DNA of 64,000 nucleotides from IMG/VR virus record IMGVR_UViG_2636415832_000002; one strand, given 5' to 3'. Shown one piece after another: positions 37,597 to 47,866 of the stretch (its first letter is position 1; every line of letters starts with the position of its first letter). The notes under the pieces are model-generated. The model searched no databases. It was not told where the DNA came from and was given only the letters and a program-made list of their open reading frames with translations. The position numbers were made by a program, and so were the translations under genes. This stretch comes from an uncultured virus (IMG/VR IMGVR_UViG_2636415832_000002) (taxonomy: Duplodnaviria > Heunggongvirae > Uroviricota > Caudoviricetes).

Positions 37597-39534
37597 ATGG
37601 AACTGTATATCTACAATTCAAACCGGGAGCTTGCAGGCATTGTTGAATCCTTTGAGTACTTACGCTGGACGAGACGCTATTCCCAGTGTGGCTCATTTGA
37701 GTTAAAGGCGATAGCAACTCCAGAGAATACAGAACTCTTAAAGGAAGGGAATATCATCTGGAAAAATGATGATGAGGAAGCCGGGATCATTGAGCATCTG
37801 GAACTTTCTCAAACCGAGCATGAAATTATTACTGCAAGTGGTCGTTTTGCAACTTCCTTCCTCTCCCGCCGCATTGTTTGGCAAACGGAGAAACTGTCTG
37901 GTGACATATCTGTCTGTGTGGAGCAGTTGATAAATAATAATCTTATCAATCCTTCTGATACAGCAAGGAAGATTTCAAACATAACCTTTTCTGCTCCAAA
38001 CTTAAATGTTCCCATCAGCACACAAATATCGTATAGAAATTTGATGGATGCGGTGACAGGACTATGTGTTGCTTCAGATATTGGCATTAAGACCGTGTTC
38101 TCTCCTGCGACAGGGGGATTTACCATATCGTTGTATAGAGGAAAGGAATCACAAGCAGTATTTTCTAAGGAATATGAAAATCTTACTGAACAGATTTATA
38201 CGATAAGTGCAGGAGATTATGCCAACACTGCCCTTGTTGCTGGTGAAGGAGAAGGCACAGAGCGAACCTTTATTTCGATTACAGGTGGCTCAGGTGAGAC
38301 AAGACATGAAATTTTTGTGGATGCTAAGGATTTGCGGGCGGAAGACTTTGGTTCGGATTACATTGATACACTAATCTTTCGAGGTCAAAGTAAGCTTAGT
38401 GAGCAGGCAATACGCTATTCATTTGATACATCAGTCAATCCACACGGCAATTTAACATATAAGATAGACTTCGATCTTGGGCAGACCGTCAAAGTTATTT
38501 CCAAAGCATGGGGTGTATCCATGACGACACGTATCACCGAAGTCGAGGAAACCTATGACGCAGACGGCCAGAGCATCAGTGTAGTGTTTGGAAAAGCGGA
38601 GTTAACGATAGCACAAAAAATCCGCTCTGACTTAAGCGAGGTTAAAACAGCGATATTTGCTCCAACGGGCATATCCGAAATTGCACAGGCTATAGGGACC
38701 GTGGAGGAAACGTTGGGAATTGTGGAGGAAACCTTAGGCGACTTGACGGAGGTAGATTCAAAGATTCAAGGAGACAACGTAGCATCTACTATCAATAATC
38801 TGTATGGAAAACTACCTGCGCTCGAAATCAATGTTGGCGGAGGAACTATATCGATTGGACAATATGCGTTGTATTATATGAAACCTGGAGATGCCTTTTA
38901 TATCACCTCATGGAGTGGCAATAAGTTTAGTGACCAGCCAAGTGACGACGGCCATGTCTTTTTGATAAAACATAGCGGGGACAATACGGGAAATGGATAT
39001 CAGCGGGCAATGGGTTTCTTTATTTCTCGCAATACGCTGACATTCTATGTGATTTCTGTTTTCGTATTTAATAACCCTTCTGGACAAGCAAACTGGCTTA
39101 ATATCAATAATGAACCTGTAACTACTGCAAGAATTGCCAATGGAGCAGTCACTGGCTTGAAAATTGCAGACCGTACAATTACAGCCACTAAACTGGCTTC
39201 TTCCTTTAGCGACTACTCAACTACAGAACAAAACACAGGGCGGTTATGGATAGATGGCAAGACGATTTATCGTAAAGAGATAAATCTCGGTTCGCTTACG
39301 GATACAACACCAAAACATGTACCTCATGGTATAGCAAACCTCAGCACTGTTGTCAGTTTAACCGGTTTTGTCACGAATGGGAGTGTTTTCTTACCACTGC
39401 CCCTTGCTCGTTACAACAACTTTGCATCTCAAATCGGACTCTTCGTGAATATGACCGACATTGTAGTCGAACCAGGCAATGATAGAACTGCATATACAGG
39501 CTATGTGGTTATAGAGTACACAAAAACCGTTTAG
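37597..39534 (+). CDS. Gp37-like baseplate hub/tail protein with C-terminal fibre-like extension
   Basis: LRWTRRYSQCGSFEL, EIFVDAKD, DFDLGQTV; C-terminal VTTARIANGAVTGLKIADRTITATKL repeats and WIDGKTIYRK. Confidence 0.72.
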   Translation: MELYIYNSNRELAGIVESFEYLRWTRRYSQCGSFELKAIATPENTELLKEGNIIWKNDDEEAGIIEHLELSQTEHEIITASGRFATSFLSRRIVWQTEKLSGDISVCVEQLINNNLINPSDTARKISNITFSAPNLNVPISTQISYRNLMDAVTGLCVASDIGIKTVFSPATGGFTISLYRGKESQAVFSKEYENLTEQIYTISAGDYANTALVAGEGEGTERTFISITGGSGETRHEIFVDAKDLRAEDFGSDYIDTLIFRGQSKLSEQAIRYSFDTSVNPHGNLTYKIDFDLGQTVKVISKAWGVSMTTRITEVEETYDADGQSISVVFGKAELTIAQKIRSDLSEVKTAIFAPTGISEIAQAIGTVEETLGIVEETLGDLTEVDSKIQGDNVASTINNLYGKLPALEINVGGGTISIGQYALYYMKPGDAFYITSWSGNKFSDQPSDDGHVFLIKHSGDNTGNGYQRAMGFFISRNTLTFYVISVFVFNNPSGQANWLNINNEPVTTARIANGAVTGLKIADRTITATKLASSFSDYSTTEQNTGRLWIDGKTIYRKEINLGSLTDTTPKHVPHGIANLSTVVSLTGFVTNGSVFLPLPLARYNNFASQIGLFVNMTDIVVEPGNDRTAYTGYVVIEYTKTV

Positions 39535-39551
39535 TAAGGAGGGAATAGTTT

Positions 39552-40055
39552 ATGGAGAAAAGTGGATTTTTCAACTCATCTGATGGAGATAGAATCTATG
39601 ACGCAACAGATTTCGCTGCATATTTTGGAAGCCTTGTCTCGAATGGTGTATTTTATTCTACACCAACAAACCTTCTGGTGTCTCCAGGGATTGGGTTGGC
39701 AGTGAGCATAGCAGCGGGCAGTGCGTGGATTAATGGTTATCGATATGAAAATACGGATGTTTTAAACAAACCACTTTCTACAGCAGACGGAAGCAATCCT
39801 CGCATAGACCGGGTTGTGGTTCGCTTAAGTCAAATTACGAGGAGCATTCAGCTTGCCATTGTCACGGGTACTCCCGCAGCAACACCCATAGCTCCAGAGT
39901 TGACAAGAACAAGCGATGTCTATGAACTTGGCATCGCTGATGTTTTAGTACCTTCGGCTGCCACATCGATTTCAGCAAATAACATTATAGATACCCGATT
40001 GAATACTAGCCTTTGTGGGCTGGTAAACTCGCTAGTTTCGGCTGTTTATGAATAG
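39552..40055 (+). CDS. Phage tail/baseplate structural protein
   Basis: SGFFNS..GDRIYDA, GSAWINGY, PRIDRVVVRL, DTRLNTSLCGLV. Confidence 0.72.
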   Translation: MEKSGFFNSSDGDRIYDATDFAAYFGSLVSNGVFYSTPTNLLVSPGIGLAVSIAAGSAWINGYRYENTDVLNKPLSTADGSNPRIDRVVVRLSQITRSIQLAIVTGTPAATPIAPELTRTSDVYELGIADVLVPSAATSISANNIIDTRLNTSLCGLVNSLVSAVYE

Positions 40056-40071
40056 GAGGAGGTGAATGTAA

Positions 40072-42426
40072 GTGGCGGATATTAATGGCATCACTCTGCA
40101 GGCGGGTTCTAGCCCGACCGTCCATTACACAATTACTTATACCAAAAGCCGTCTAAATAATAGTCAGATGAGATACAACTTCACCATATCCGCTGCGTTG
40201 GGTTCATCAGGTTCCTTTATCCGTAGTGGTTATGCATTGCTTTGCACTATGACTGTAAATGGATCTTCTTCACAGGTACGTATTAAAGCGGCGGATGGAG
40301 ATAACTGGGAAGGGACCACACCAAGGCTCAGATATGTTTCGGTGACCTGCGCTTCTACTACAGGTAATGCAACCCAGCCAGTCACATTCAAAGTGGTATC
40401 TGATGGACGATTGCCATTATCCTCTGGTGTAATTACCAATTCAAGCTATACGGTACTAAGTGCTCCATTGCTTACTACAGCTTGTGGAGCCCCAACATCT
40501 TGTACTGTTTCTCCAACACTTGCGGAAGGGAATGTGACTCTTTCTTGGAGCGGTGCTTCTGGAGGCATCAATAATACGATTTCCAGTTATGAGATTCAAT
40601 ATAGTGATTCCGCCGATAATGTCACATGGGGAGCATGGACTGTTCTGAAAACGGTGACCACCACAGCGACAAGTGGTAGTGTATCCGTTGCTCCGCCTCC
40701 TACCCGAGGTAATTATCGTAGATTTCAGGTACGAACCCGTGGTACAGCAGGTGCTAGTTATTACTCTAGCTGGAAAGTATCCACAAACAGCGTCCGCAGA
40801 AATACGGTGCCAAAGCCAGCGACGACTGCTGTTGCCTCCCCGGCAGCATATAGCGATGAGACTATCACGCTTACTTGGAGCGGAGCATCTAACGGTACCA
40901 GTCCAATTAAGGGATATCAAATTGCCAGTCGCACATCTACGGATAATAGTACTTGGAGTGCGTGGAATGTGTTGACCACGTTGACACTGGCGGCAAGCGG
41001 AGGGAGCTATAACCCAATAGTTTCAAGGACTCCAGGAACATATACTCAATTTGGTATTTGGACAATTGATACATTAGATGTTTATTCAATAGAAAAAGTC
41101 AGCAATAGTATCTATTGTAATGTCACAGCTTGTGCAGCACCGACCCTATGCACGGTAAGTGCAGCATTATCTGAAGGAAATGTCACTCTTTCTTGGAGCG
41201 GAGCATCTGGCGGTGCAGGTAACCCTATTACTTCCTATGAAATACAGTACAGTGATTCACATGATAACATCAATTGGGGTGCCTGGTTGGCATTGGCTAT
41301 AGTCAATACTTCTGCAACAAGCAGTATTTTAAATGTCAGTCCACCTGCTACACGTGGCCATTATCGTCGGTTTCGAATAAGAACTCGTGGTACGGCTGGT
41401 GAGGATTATTACTCAGACTGGACTATTTCCAGCAATACTGTTCGTAAAAACATACTGCCCGTACCACCGACTATTTTTGCCGCAAACCCTCCTATATATG
41501 AAGCTAATACAATAAATCTTTCATGGAGTGGGACGGTACCTGGAACCAGTGCGATTAAGCAGTATGTCATACAACAGTCTACATCGACAGATGGTGTGAA
41601 TTGGTCGGCATACGTAGCACTGACGACTATTATTTCAAGCAATACCTCAGGTAGCCTTCAGGTAAATGCTTCACAAATAGCTGGTCGGTATACCCGTTAT
41701 CGAATCAGTGTTACAGATGCACTTGATGCAGTTTCTGCCTTTGTAGTTAGCAACATGGTAAAGAAAAACAGCCCACCTGCATCACCAGTAGTGGACTGTC
41801 CAATGTCTGGCAATTTTACTTATAACTCTACACCACGTTTTATGATTACAACAGGAATTGAACCAGATGGACAAACACAAATAGTGGAGGTAAGGATTGA
41901 CTCTGGTCCATGGCAAAATAGCGTGGACAATCCTGAGCGGTTTTCTGTAAGCGGCTATCTTGGTAATGGTGTCAAGACGGTTTACCAAGCAGAACCTCTT
42001 TCTGTAGGAAATCATACGGTTACTTTTCGTTGCCTTGACAGTGATATCGAGTCAGCAAGCACAGAAGTTGTACGTACCTTCACGATTTTAGCATTACCTT
42101 TTGAAATCATCACCGCTAATGTGACACATGTAAAGGCAGCGCATATTCAGACGATTCGAACTGCTATAAACAGGGTACGTAGCTATTACAATATGTCCCC
42201 TGCAACTTGGAAAGAGGAGATCATCGCAAGAAAGACCACTGTTAAGAATTGGCTATTCCATATCGTTGAAATGCGTAAAGCTATTGATGCGATTATGATG
42301 ATGATTAATAGTTTTGATTCTTCCCATGCATTCGATATACCATCTGTCACATGGCTACCTATTGGTACAGGAAGACCTAGGGCAGATGTGATGCAACAAA
42401 TTCATGACCTAATAAAAATAATGTAA
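40072..42426 (+). CDS. Fibronectin type III repeat tail/receptor-binding protein
   Basis: Four TLSWSGA-type beta-rich repeats in ABAB arrangement. Confidence 0.7.
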   Translation: MADINGITLQAGSSPTVHYTITYTKSRLNNSQMRYNFTISAALGSSGSFIRSGYALLCTMTVNGSSSQVRIKAADGDNWEGTTPRLRYVSVTCASTTGNATQPVTFKVVSDGRLPLSSGVITNSSYTVLSAPLLTTACGAPTSCTVSPTLAEGNVTLSWSGASGGINNTISSYEIQYSDSADNVTWGAWTVLKTVTTTATSGSVSVAPPPTRGNYRRFQVRTRGTAGASYYSSWKVSTNSVRRNTVPKPATTAVASPAAYSDETITLTWSGASNGTSPIKGYQIASRTSTDNSTWSAWNVLTTLTLAASGGSYNPIVSRTPGTYTQFGIWTIDTLDVYSIEKVSNSIYCNVTACAAPTLCTVSAALSEGNVTLSWSGASGGAGNPITSYEIQYSDSHDNINWGAWLALAIVNTSATSSILNVSPPATRGHYRRFRIRTRGTAGEDYYSDWTISSNTVRKNILPVPPTIFAANPPIYEANTINLSWSGTVPGTSAIKQYVIQQSTSTDGVNWSAYVALTTIISSNTSGSLQVNASQIAGRYTRYRISVTDALDAVSAFVVSNMVKKNSPPASPVVDCPMSGNFTYNSTPRFMITTGIEPDGQTQIVEVRIDSGPWQNSVDNPERFSVSGYLGNGVKTVYQAEPLSVGNHTVTFRCLDSDIESASTEVVRTFTILALPFEIITANVTHVKAAHIQTIRTAINRVRSYYNMSPATWKEEIIARKTTVKNWLFHIVEMRKAIDAIMMMINSFDSSHAFDIPSVTWLPIGTGRPRADVMQQIHDLIKIM

Positions 42427-42437
42427 AAATAAAATTC

Positions 42438-42468
42438 AGCGCTCTTGTCATTTGCAGGGGCGCTTTTC
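42438..42468 (+). terminator. Intrinsic terminator-like hairpin
   Basis: AGCGCTCTTG...CAGGGGCGCT followed by TTTC. Confidence 0.5.
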
Positions 42469-42501
42469 TATATGGAAATACACGAAACGGAGGTGTCTTT
42501 A

Positions 42502-42942
42502 ATGAAAGAAATTTGGAATTGGATACAGCTAGCTATTGCCGCAGTCGGTGGATTTCTTGGGTGGTTTCTCGGCGGTTATGACGGATTTCTCTATGCACTG
42601 GTAGCCTTTGTGATCATTGATTACCTGACAGGTGTCTTTTGTGCAATTGCAAACAAAAAACTGTGTAGCGAAATCGGTGCTAAGGGGATTTTCAAAAAGG
42701 TACTCAACTTTATAATGGTAGGAATCGCTCATATTATCGATACACAAATTTTGGTTAGTATTGGAGAAAATAGTGGCATTTTACGAACAGCAGTAATCTT
42801 TTTCTACCTAAGTAATGAAGGAGTATCCATTTTAGAGAACGCCGGACATATTGGACTGCCTATTCCAGAAAACCTAAAATCGGTTTTACAGCAACTACAT
42901 GGACGTGATGGGGAACCGCCTAAGCCTGGCGGTGGAAGATGA
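42502..42942 (+). CDS. Phage holin (toxin secretion/phage lysis family)
   Basis: GWFLGGYDG, DYLTG, GIFKK, NEGVSILEN...GLPIP. Confidence 0.9.
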   Translation: MKEIWNWIQLAIAAVGGFLGWFLGGYDGFLYALVAFVIIDYLTGVFCAIANKKLCSEIGAKGIFKKVLNFIMVGIAHIIDTQILVSIGENSGILRTAVIFFYLSNEGVSILENAGHIGLPIPENLKSVLQQLHGRDGEPPKPGGGR

Positions 42943-42973
42943 TTGACTTAATATTTGATTAGAGGTGATTTTA

Positions 42974-43675
42974 ATGAAGTTACGCAAACTATTACTTACG
43001 AACAATGCCTGCTATAAAGCGGGTAAAACCATAACGCCAAAGGGTATTATGGTTCACTCGACTGGTGCAAGCAACCCATGGTTGAAGCGCTACGTTGGCC
43101 CAGACGATGGCTTGCTAGGAAAGAACCAGTATAACAACCATTGGAATCAAGACAAACCTGGAGGCCGTCAAGTATGTGTCCATGCCTTTATTGGTAAATT
43201 AGCAGATGGCTCCATTGCAACCTATCAAACATTGCCTTGGAATCACCGAGGTTGGCATGCTGGAGGAGCTGCGAACAATACTCATATTGGATTTGAAATT
43301 TGCGAGGACGGATTGACCGATGCCTCGTATTTTTCTGCTGTTTACAAGGAAGCTGTGGAGCTTTGTGTACATCTTTGCAAACTCTATGGGTTTAGTGAAA
43401 AAGATATCATCTGTCATAGCGAAGGTTATAAACGAGGCATTGCCAGTAATCATGCAGATGTGATGCATTGGTTTCCTAAGCATGGGAAGAGTATGGACAC
43501 CTTTCGAGCGGATGTAAAGAAACTATTAAATGCTGAAAATAAAACAGTTGAGCTGGTGAATAAGAAATATTACCGTGTGCAGATCGGTGCTTATTCTGAC
43601 AAAGCAAATGCTGAGGCACAGCTTGCCAAAGCTAAAAAAGCAGGCTTTACGGATGCATTTATTAAGTATGATTAA
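42974..43675 (+). CDS. Endolysin: N-acetylmuramoyl-L-alanine amidase with SPOR-like binding domain
   Basis: IMVHSTG, WHAG, IGFEICE, HAD; C-terminal YRVQIGAYSDKANAE. Confidence 0.88.
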   Translation: MKLRKLLLTNNACYKAGKTITPKGIMVHSTGASNPWLKRYVGPDDGLLGKNQYNNHWNQDKPGGRQVCVHAFIGKLADGSIATYQTLPWNHRGWHAGGAANNTHIGFEICEDGLTDASYFSAVYKEAVELCVHLCKLYGFSEKDIICHSEGYKRGIASNHADVMHWFPKHGKSMDTFRADVKKLLNAENKTVELVNKKYYRVQIGAYSDKANAEAQLAKAKKAGFTDAFIKYD

Positions 43676-43752
43676 TCAAAAGGGCAAGTTAAAAACGGTG
43701 TTGCTCATTTTCACAAAGTCTCTAAATAAAATATTAAACTATTAATTTATCT

Positions 43753-43789
43753 AGCCTGTTGGGGTTCTTCCCTTGCAGGCTCTTTTTTT
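43753..43789 (+). terminator. Intrinsic terminator after lysis genes
   Basis: AGCCTG...CAGGCT followed by CTTTTTTT. Confidence 0.7.
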
Positions 43790-43815
43790 ATGCCTTGATT
43801 TAATTAAATTCTACA

Positions 43816-43858
43816 AATCCTCAACTTCGACCTGTTCCCACGGCTATTAGGTAGGAGG
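43816..43858 (+). promoter_or_regulatory. Bipartite motif copy 3 (AATCCTCAAC-N16-GGCTATTAGGTAGGAGG)
   Basis: Matches copies at 4455 and 10918; upstream of recombinase module. Confidence 0.7.
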
Positions 43859-43867
43859 TGATTCCTA

Positions 43868-44104
43868 GTGAATCAGCACGAGGATAAAAAGGTTACAAAG
43901 ATTACAGACGAGATTATAGACAAAAGCATTGAATTAAAGAGGGTATCACAGGAACAGCTACAGCGTGAGTTTGATTATATCCAGGCAGAAAAAATGCTTA
44001 GAAAGATGCTCCAAAAAGGTTTAATAACTGAAGCGGAATTCAACAAGATAGATGCACTAAATCGCCAAACATTCTCCCCCTTTTTAGCTGAGATAATGCC
44101 CTGA
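43868..44104 (+). CDS. SHOCT-domain small protein preceding recombinases
   Basis: MLRKMLQKGLITEAEFNKI. Confidence 0.75.
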   Translation: MNQHEDKKVTKITDEIIDKSIELKRVSQEQLQREFDYIQAEKMLRKMLQKGLITEAEFNKIDALNRQTFSPFLAEIMP

Positions 44105-44165
44105 AACCGTTGATATATAAGGGTTTCAGAGGTAATATGTGACCTACCAAGAAGGAGGTGAGAGG

Positions 44166-45731
44166 ATGAAAAAGATAACGAAAATAGAAGGAAATATGAA
44201 CAACTCTTTTATTAAGGCAAAAACACGAGTAGTTGCCTACTGCCGAGTCTCAACAGATAGTAATGAACAGCTAGTCAGCTTGCAAGCGCAAAAGGCTCAT
44301 TATGAGACCTATATAAAGGCGAATCCAGAATGGGAATATGCAGGCTTATATTATGACGAGGGAATCAGTGGCACGAAAAAGGAAAACCGCTCTGACCTGC
44401 TTAGAATGTTATCAGACTGTGAAACTGGGAGAATTGACTTAATCATTACAAAGTCCATCAGCCGATTTGCGAGAAATACTACAGACTGCTTGGAGATGGT
44501 TAGAAAACTGTTAGGCTTTGGGGTTCATATCTATTTTGAGAAAGAAAACATCAATACGGGGTCAATGGAAAGCGAGTTGATGCTCTCTATTTTAAGCGGA
44601 CTCGCAGAAAGTGAGTCAATTTCCATTTCAGAAAATACGAAGTGGGCCATTCAAAGACGGTTTCAAAACGGAACCTTTAAAATTTCCTACCCACCCTATG
44701 GCTATCAAAACATTGATGGTCAAATGATAGTAATCCCTAAGCAGGCTGAAATTGTAAAGTATATTTTTGCAGAAGTATTATCGGGCAAAGGTACACAGAA
44801 AATTGCAGATGATCTTAATCAAAAGGGTATCCCTTCAAAAAGAGGGGGTCGTTGGACATCTACTACCATTCGAGGAATTCTGACCAATGAAAAATATACT
44901 GGTGATGTTATTTTGCAAAAGACTTATACTGACAGCCATTTTAACAGGCATACCAATTATGGTGAGAAAAATATGTATCTAGTAGAAAACCACCATGAGG
45001 CAATTATCAGCCACGAAGATTTTGAAGCTGTGGATGCTGTTCTCAATCAGAGAGCAAAGGAAAAAGGCATCGAAAAGCGCAACAGTAAATATCTAAACCG
45101 ATATTCTTTCTCCAGCAAAATTATCTGCTCGGAATGTGGCAGTACCTTTAAAAGACGGATACATTCATCTGGTTCGAGAAAATACATTGCTTGGTGCTGC
45201 AGTAAGCACATAAGCAATATAACGGAATGTTCCATGCAGTTCATTCGAGATGAAGATATAAAGACTGCATTTGTTACGATGATGAATAAACTCATATTTG
45301 GTCAGAAGTTCATATTAAGACCACTTTGGCAGGGGTTACGTAACCAGAACAATGCAGCGAGTTTTCGTAGAATTGAAGAGTTGGAAACTAAAATTGAAAA
45401 CAACATGGAGCAGAGCCAGGTGCTGACAGGTTTAATGGCCAAAGGGTATCTGGAACCTGCCCTGTTTAATAAAGAAAAGAATTCACTGGAAACAGAAAGA
45501 GAAAGGCTTCTTGCTGAAAAGGATCAACTCACTCGTTCCATCAATGGCAATTTTGCAAAAGTAGACGAGGTTGACCGTCTGCTTAAGTTTGCCACTAAAT
45601 CCAAAATGCTCACAGCCTATGAGGATAAGCTATTTGAAGATTACGTAGAAAAGATTATTGTCTTTTCACGAGAGGAAGTTGGATTTGAATTAAAGTGTGG
45701 AATCACATTGAGGGAAAGGTTGGTGAATTAG
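44166..45731 (+). CDS. Large serine recombinase 1
   Basis: [34 protein letters not shown] zinc ribbon. Confidence 0.93.
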   Translation: MKKITKIEGNMNNSFIKAKTRVVAYCRVSTDSNEQLVSLQAQKAHYETYIKANPEWEYAGLYYDEGISGTKKENRSDLLRMLSDCETGRIDLIITKSISRFARNTTDCLEMVRKLLGFGVHIYFEKENINTGSMESELMLSILSGLAESESISISENTKWAIQRRFQNGTFKISYPPYGYQNIDGQMIVIPKQAEIVKYIFAEVLSGKGTQKIADDLNQKGIPSKRGGRWTSTTIRGILTNEKYTGDVILQKTYTDSHFNRHTNYGEKNMYLVENHHEAIISHEDFEAVDAVLNQRAKEKGIEKRNSKYLNRYSFSSKIICSECGSTFKRRIHSSGSRKYIAWCCSKHISNITECSMQFIRDEDIKTAFVTMMNKLIFGQKFILRPLWQGLRNQNNAASFRRIEELETKIENNMEQSQVLTGLMAKGYLEPALFNKEKNSLETERERLLAEKDQLTRSINGNFAKVDEVDRLLKFATKSKMLTAYEDKLFEDYVEKIIVFSREEVGFELKCGITLRERLVN

Positions 45732-46145
45732 ATGGGTCACACACCCTATGGATATAGAATTGAAGATGGAAAGGCTGTTGTAGATGATATAGCAGCAGAA
45801 CAAGTAAAAGAATTATTTTCAGGATACTTGGCAGGACTTTCTTTGAAGGGTGCTGCTAAAAAAGCTGGGATAGACTGCTATCATGCCACTGCAGGAAAGA
45901 TGTTGCAGAACAAGCAATACCTTGGCGATGACTTCTACCCTCCAATTATTGATGAGGTGACATTTAAAAAGGCTGAGGTGGAAAAACGAAAACGAGCAGA
46001 AAAACTCGGAAGGATATGGGAGCCTAAAGATGAACCGGAAAGGGATTACCCTGTAAAGTTCAAAGCAAAACCTCTGGTGCAAAAATATGAAGATCCATAC
46101 AAGCAGGCGGAATATGCCTACAATTTGATAGAAAGCGAGGTGTAA
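45732..46145 (+). CDS. Short recombinase-domain accessory protein
   Basis: HTPYGYRI...YLGDDFYPPII; no catalytic domain. Confidence 0.75.
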   Translation: MGHTPYGYRIEDGKAVVDDIAAEQVKELFSGYLAGLSLKGAAKKAGIDCYHATAGKMLQNKQYLGDDFYPPIIDEVTFKKAEVEKRKRAEKLGRIWEPKDEPERDYPVKFKAKPLVQKYEDPYKQAEYAYNLIESEV

Positions 46146-46148
46146 CAA

Positions 46149-47720
46149 GTGGCAGTGAGTAGGAATGTAACAGTCATTCCGGCAATTAAACGAGTCGGAA
46201 ATAATAAAAATAGTGAAAGCAAACCCAAAATACGAGTTGCTGCTTACTGCCGTGTTTCAACGGATAGTGAGGAGCAGGCTTCAAGTTATGAAATTCAGAT
46301 AGAGCATTATACAAACTATATTAAGAAGAACAAGGAATGGGAATTGGCAGGTATTTTTGCGGATGACGGCATCACAGGTACAAATACCAAAAAGCGTGAT
46401 GAATTCAACCGCATGATTGAAGAGTGTATGGCAGGCAATATTGACATGATCATTACAAAATCCATCAGCCGATTTGCTAGAAACACGTTGGATTGCCTTA
46501 AATACATCCGTCAGTTAAAGGATAAAAACATTGCTGTGTTCTTCGAGAAAGAGAATATCAACACCATGGATTCCAAGGGTGAAGTCTTGTTGACCATTAT
46601 GGCATCCCTTGCCCAACAGGAAAGCCAATCCTTAAGCCAAAACGTAAAGCTAGGTATTCAGTATCGCTATCAGCAAGGTGAAGTACAGGTCAACCACAAG
46701 CGTTTCCTTGGATATACCAAGGATGAAAATAAACAGCTAGTGATTGATCCAGAGGGTGCTGAGGTTGTTAAACGGATTTACAGGGAGTACCTTGAAGGAG
46801 CCAGCCTTTTACAGATAGCAAGAGGACTAGAAGCAGACAGTATTCTAACAGCGGCAGGCAAAGCCAAATGGAGACCAGAAACATTGAAAAAGATACTGCA
46901 GAACGAAAAATACATTGGTGATGCCCTTCTACAAAAAACATATACGGTTGATTTCCTTTCTAAAAAGCGAGTCAAGAATAACGGCATCGTTCCCCAATAT
47001 TATGTAGAAAACAGTCATGAACCTATCATTCCACGTGAGCTTTTTATGCAGGTTCAAGAAGAGATGGTTCGAAGAGCAAATCTTCGCGGCGGGAAAGGCG
47101 GTAAAAAGCGAGTTTACAGTAGTAAGTATGCTTTATCGAGTATTGTTTACTGCGGACAGTGCGGTGATATTTACCGACGGGTACATTGGAATAACCGAGG
47201 CTACAAGTCTATTGTTTGGAGATGCGTCAGCCGTTTGGAGGAGAAGGACTCTGAATGCACTGCCCCTACCATAAATGAGGAAACATTGCAGACAGCAGTG
47301 GTCAAGGCTATTAACGAACTTTTGGCTAACAAAGAACCATTCATCTCAAGCTTGCAGAAAAACATAGCTACTATATTTAATGAAGAAAATGATCATACCA
47401 CCGATGATATTGATGGCAAATTGGAAGAATTACAACAACAGCTTCTTATACAAGCAAAGTCCAAGAATGACTATGAAGATGTGGCTGATGAAATTTACCG
47501 CCTTCGAGAATTGAAGCAAAATGCACTAGTTAAAAATGCAGAGCGAGAAGGAAAAAGGCAACGAATCGCTGAAATGACTGATTTCTTGAATGAACAATCT
47601 TGCGAGTTGGAGAAATATGATGAGCAATTAGTAAGGCGGCTTATTGAAAAAGTTACGATCCACGATGACAGGATTGAGGTGGAATTTAAGTCAGGCATTA
47701 GTAAAGACATTGAAAATTGA
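46149..47720 (+). CDS. Large serine recombinase 2
   Basis: [29 protein letters not shown]. Confidence 0.93.
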   Translation: MAVSRNVTVIPAIKRVGNNKNSESKPKIRVAAYCRVSTDSEEQASSYEIQIEHYTNYIKKNKEWELAGIFADDGITGTNTKKRDEFNRMIEECMAGNIDMIITKSISRFARNTLDCLKYIRQLKDKNIAVFFEKENINTMDSKGEVLLTIMASLAQQESQSLSQNVKLGIQYRYQQGEVQVNHKRFLGYTKDENKQLVIDPEGAEVVKRIYREYLEGASLLQIARGLEADSILTAAGKAKWRPETLKKILQNEKYIGDALLQKTYTVDFLSKKRVKNNGIVPQYYVENSHEPIIPRELFMQVQEEMVRRANLRGGKGGKKRVYSSKYALSSIVYCGQCGDIYRRVHWNNRGYKSIVWRCVSRLEEKDSECTAPTINEETLQTAVVKAINELLANKEPFISSLQKNIATIFNEENDHTTDDIDGKLEELQQQLLIQAKSKNDYEDVADEIYRLRELKQNALVKNAEREGKRQRIAEMTDFLNEQSCELEKYDEQLVRRLIEKVTIHDDRIEVEFKSGISKDIEN

Positions 47721-47748
47721 ACTGAACAACAAAATATTATTAGGATCT

Positions 47749-47778
47749 AACACCTTGCTGAAATGCAGGGTGTTTTTT
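47749..47778 (+). terminator. Intrinsic terminator
   Basis: AACACCTTGC-TGAAAT-GCAGGGTGTT followed by TTTT. Confidence 0.75.
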
Positions 47779-47782
47779 ATGA

Positions 47783-47840
47783 GTAAATACAAATTAGTTT
47801 ATTAGTATTTACAAAATACAAATTGATGGTATAATTTGTA
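47783..47840 (+). promoter_or_regulatory. SigA-like promoter overlapped by palindromic operator(s)
   Basis: TTTACA (47808) N16 TATAAT (47830); TACAAATT-N8-AATTTGTA (47817-47840); GTAAATAC/GTATTTAC (47783, 47805). Confidence 0.6.
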
Positions 47841-47866
47841 ATAGAGTAAATAGCGAGGTGTAAACG

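Noticed and set aside
40470..41460. DGR template/variable repeat pair in the FN3 gene
   Set aside because: Both copies are in-frame coding, differences are not adenine-specific and no RT is present; ordinary domain duplication
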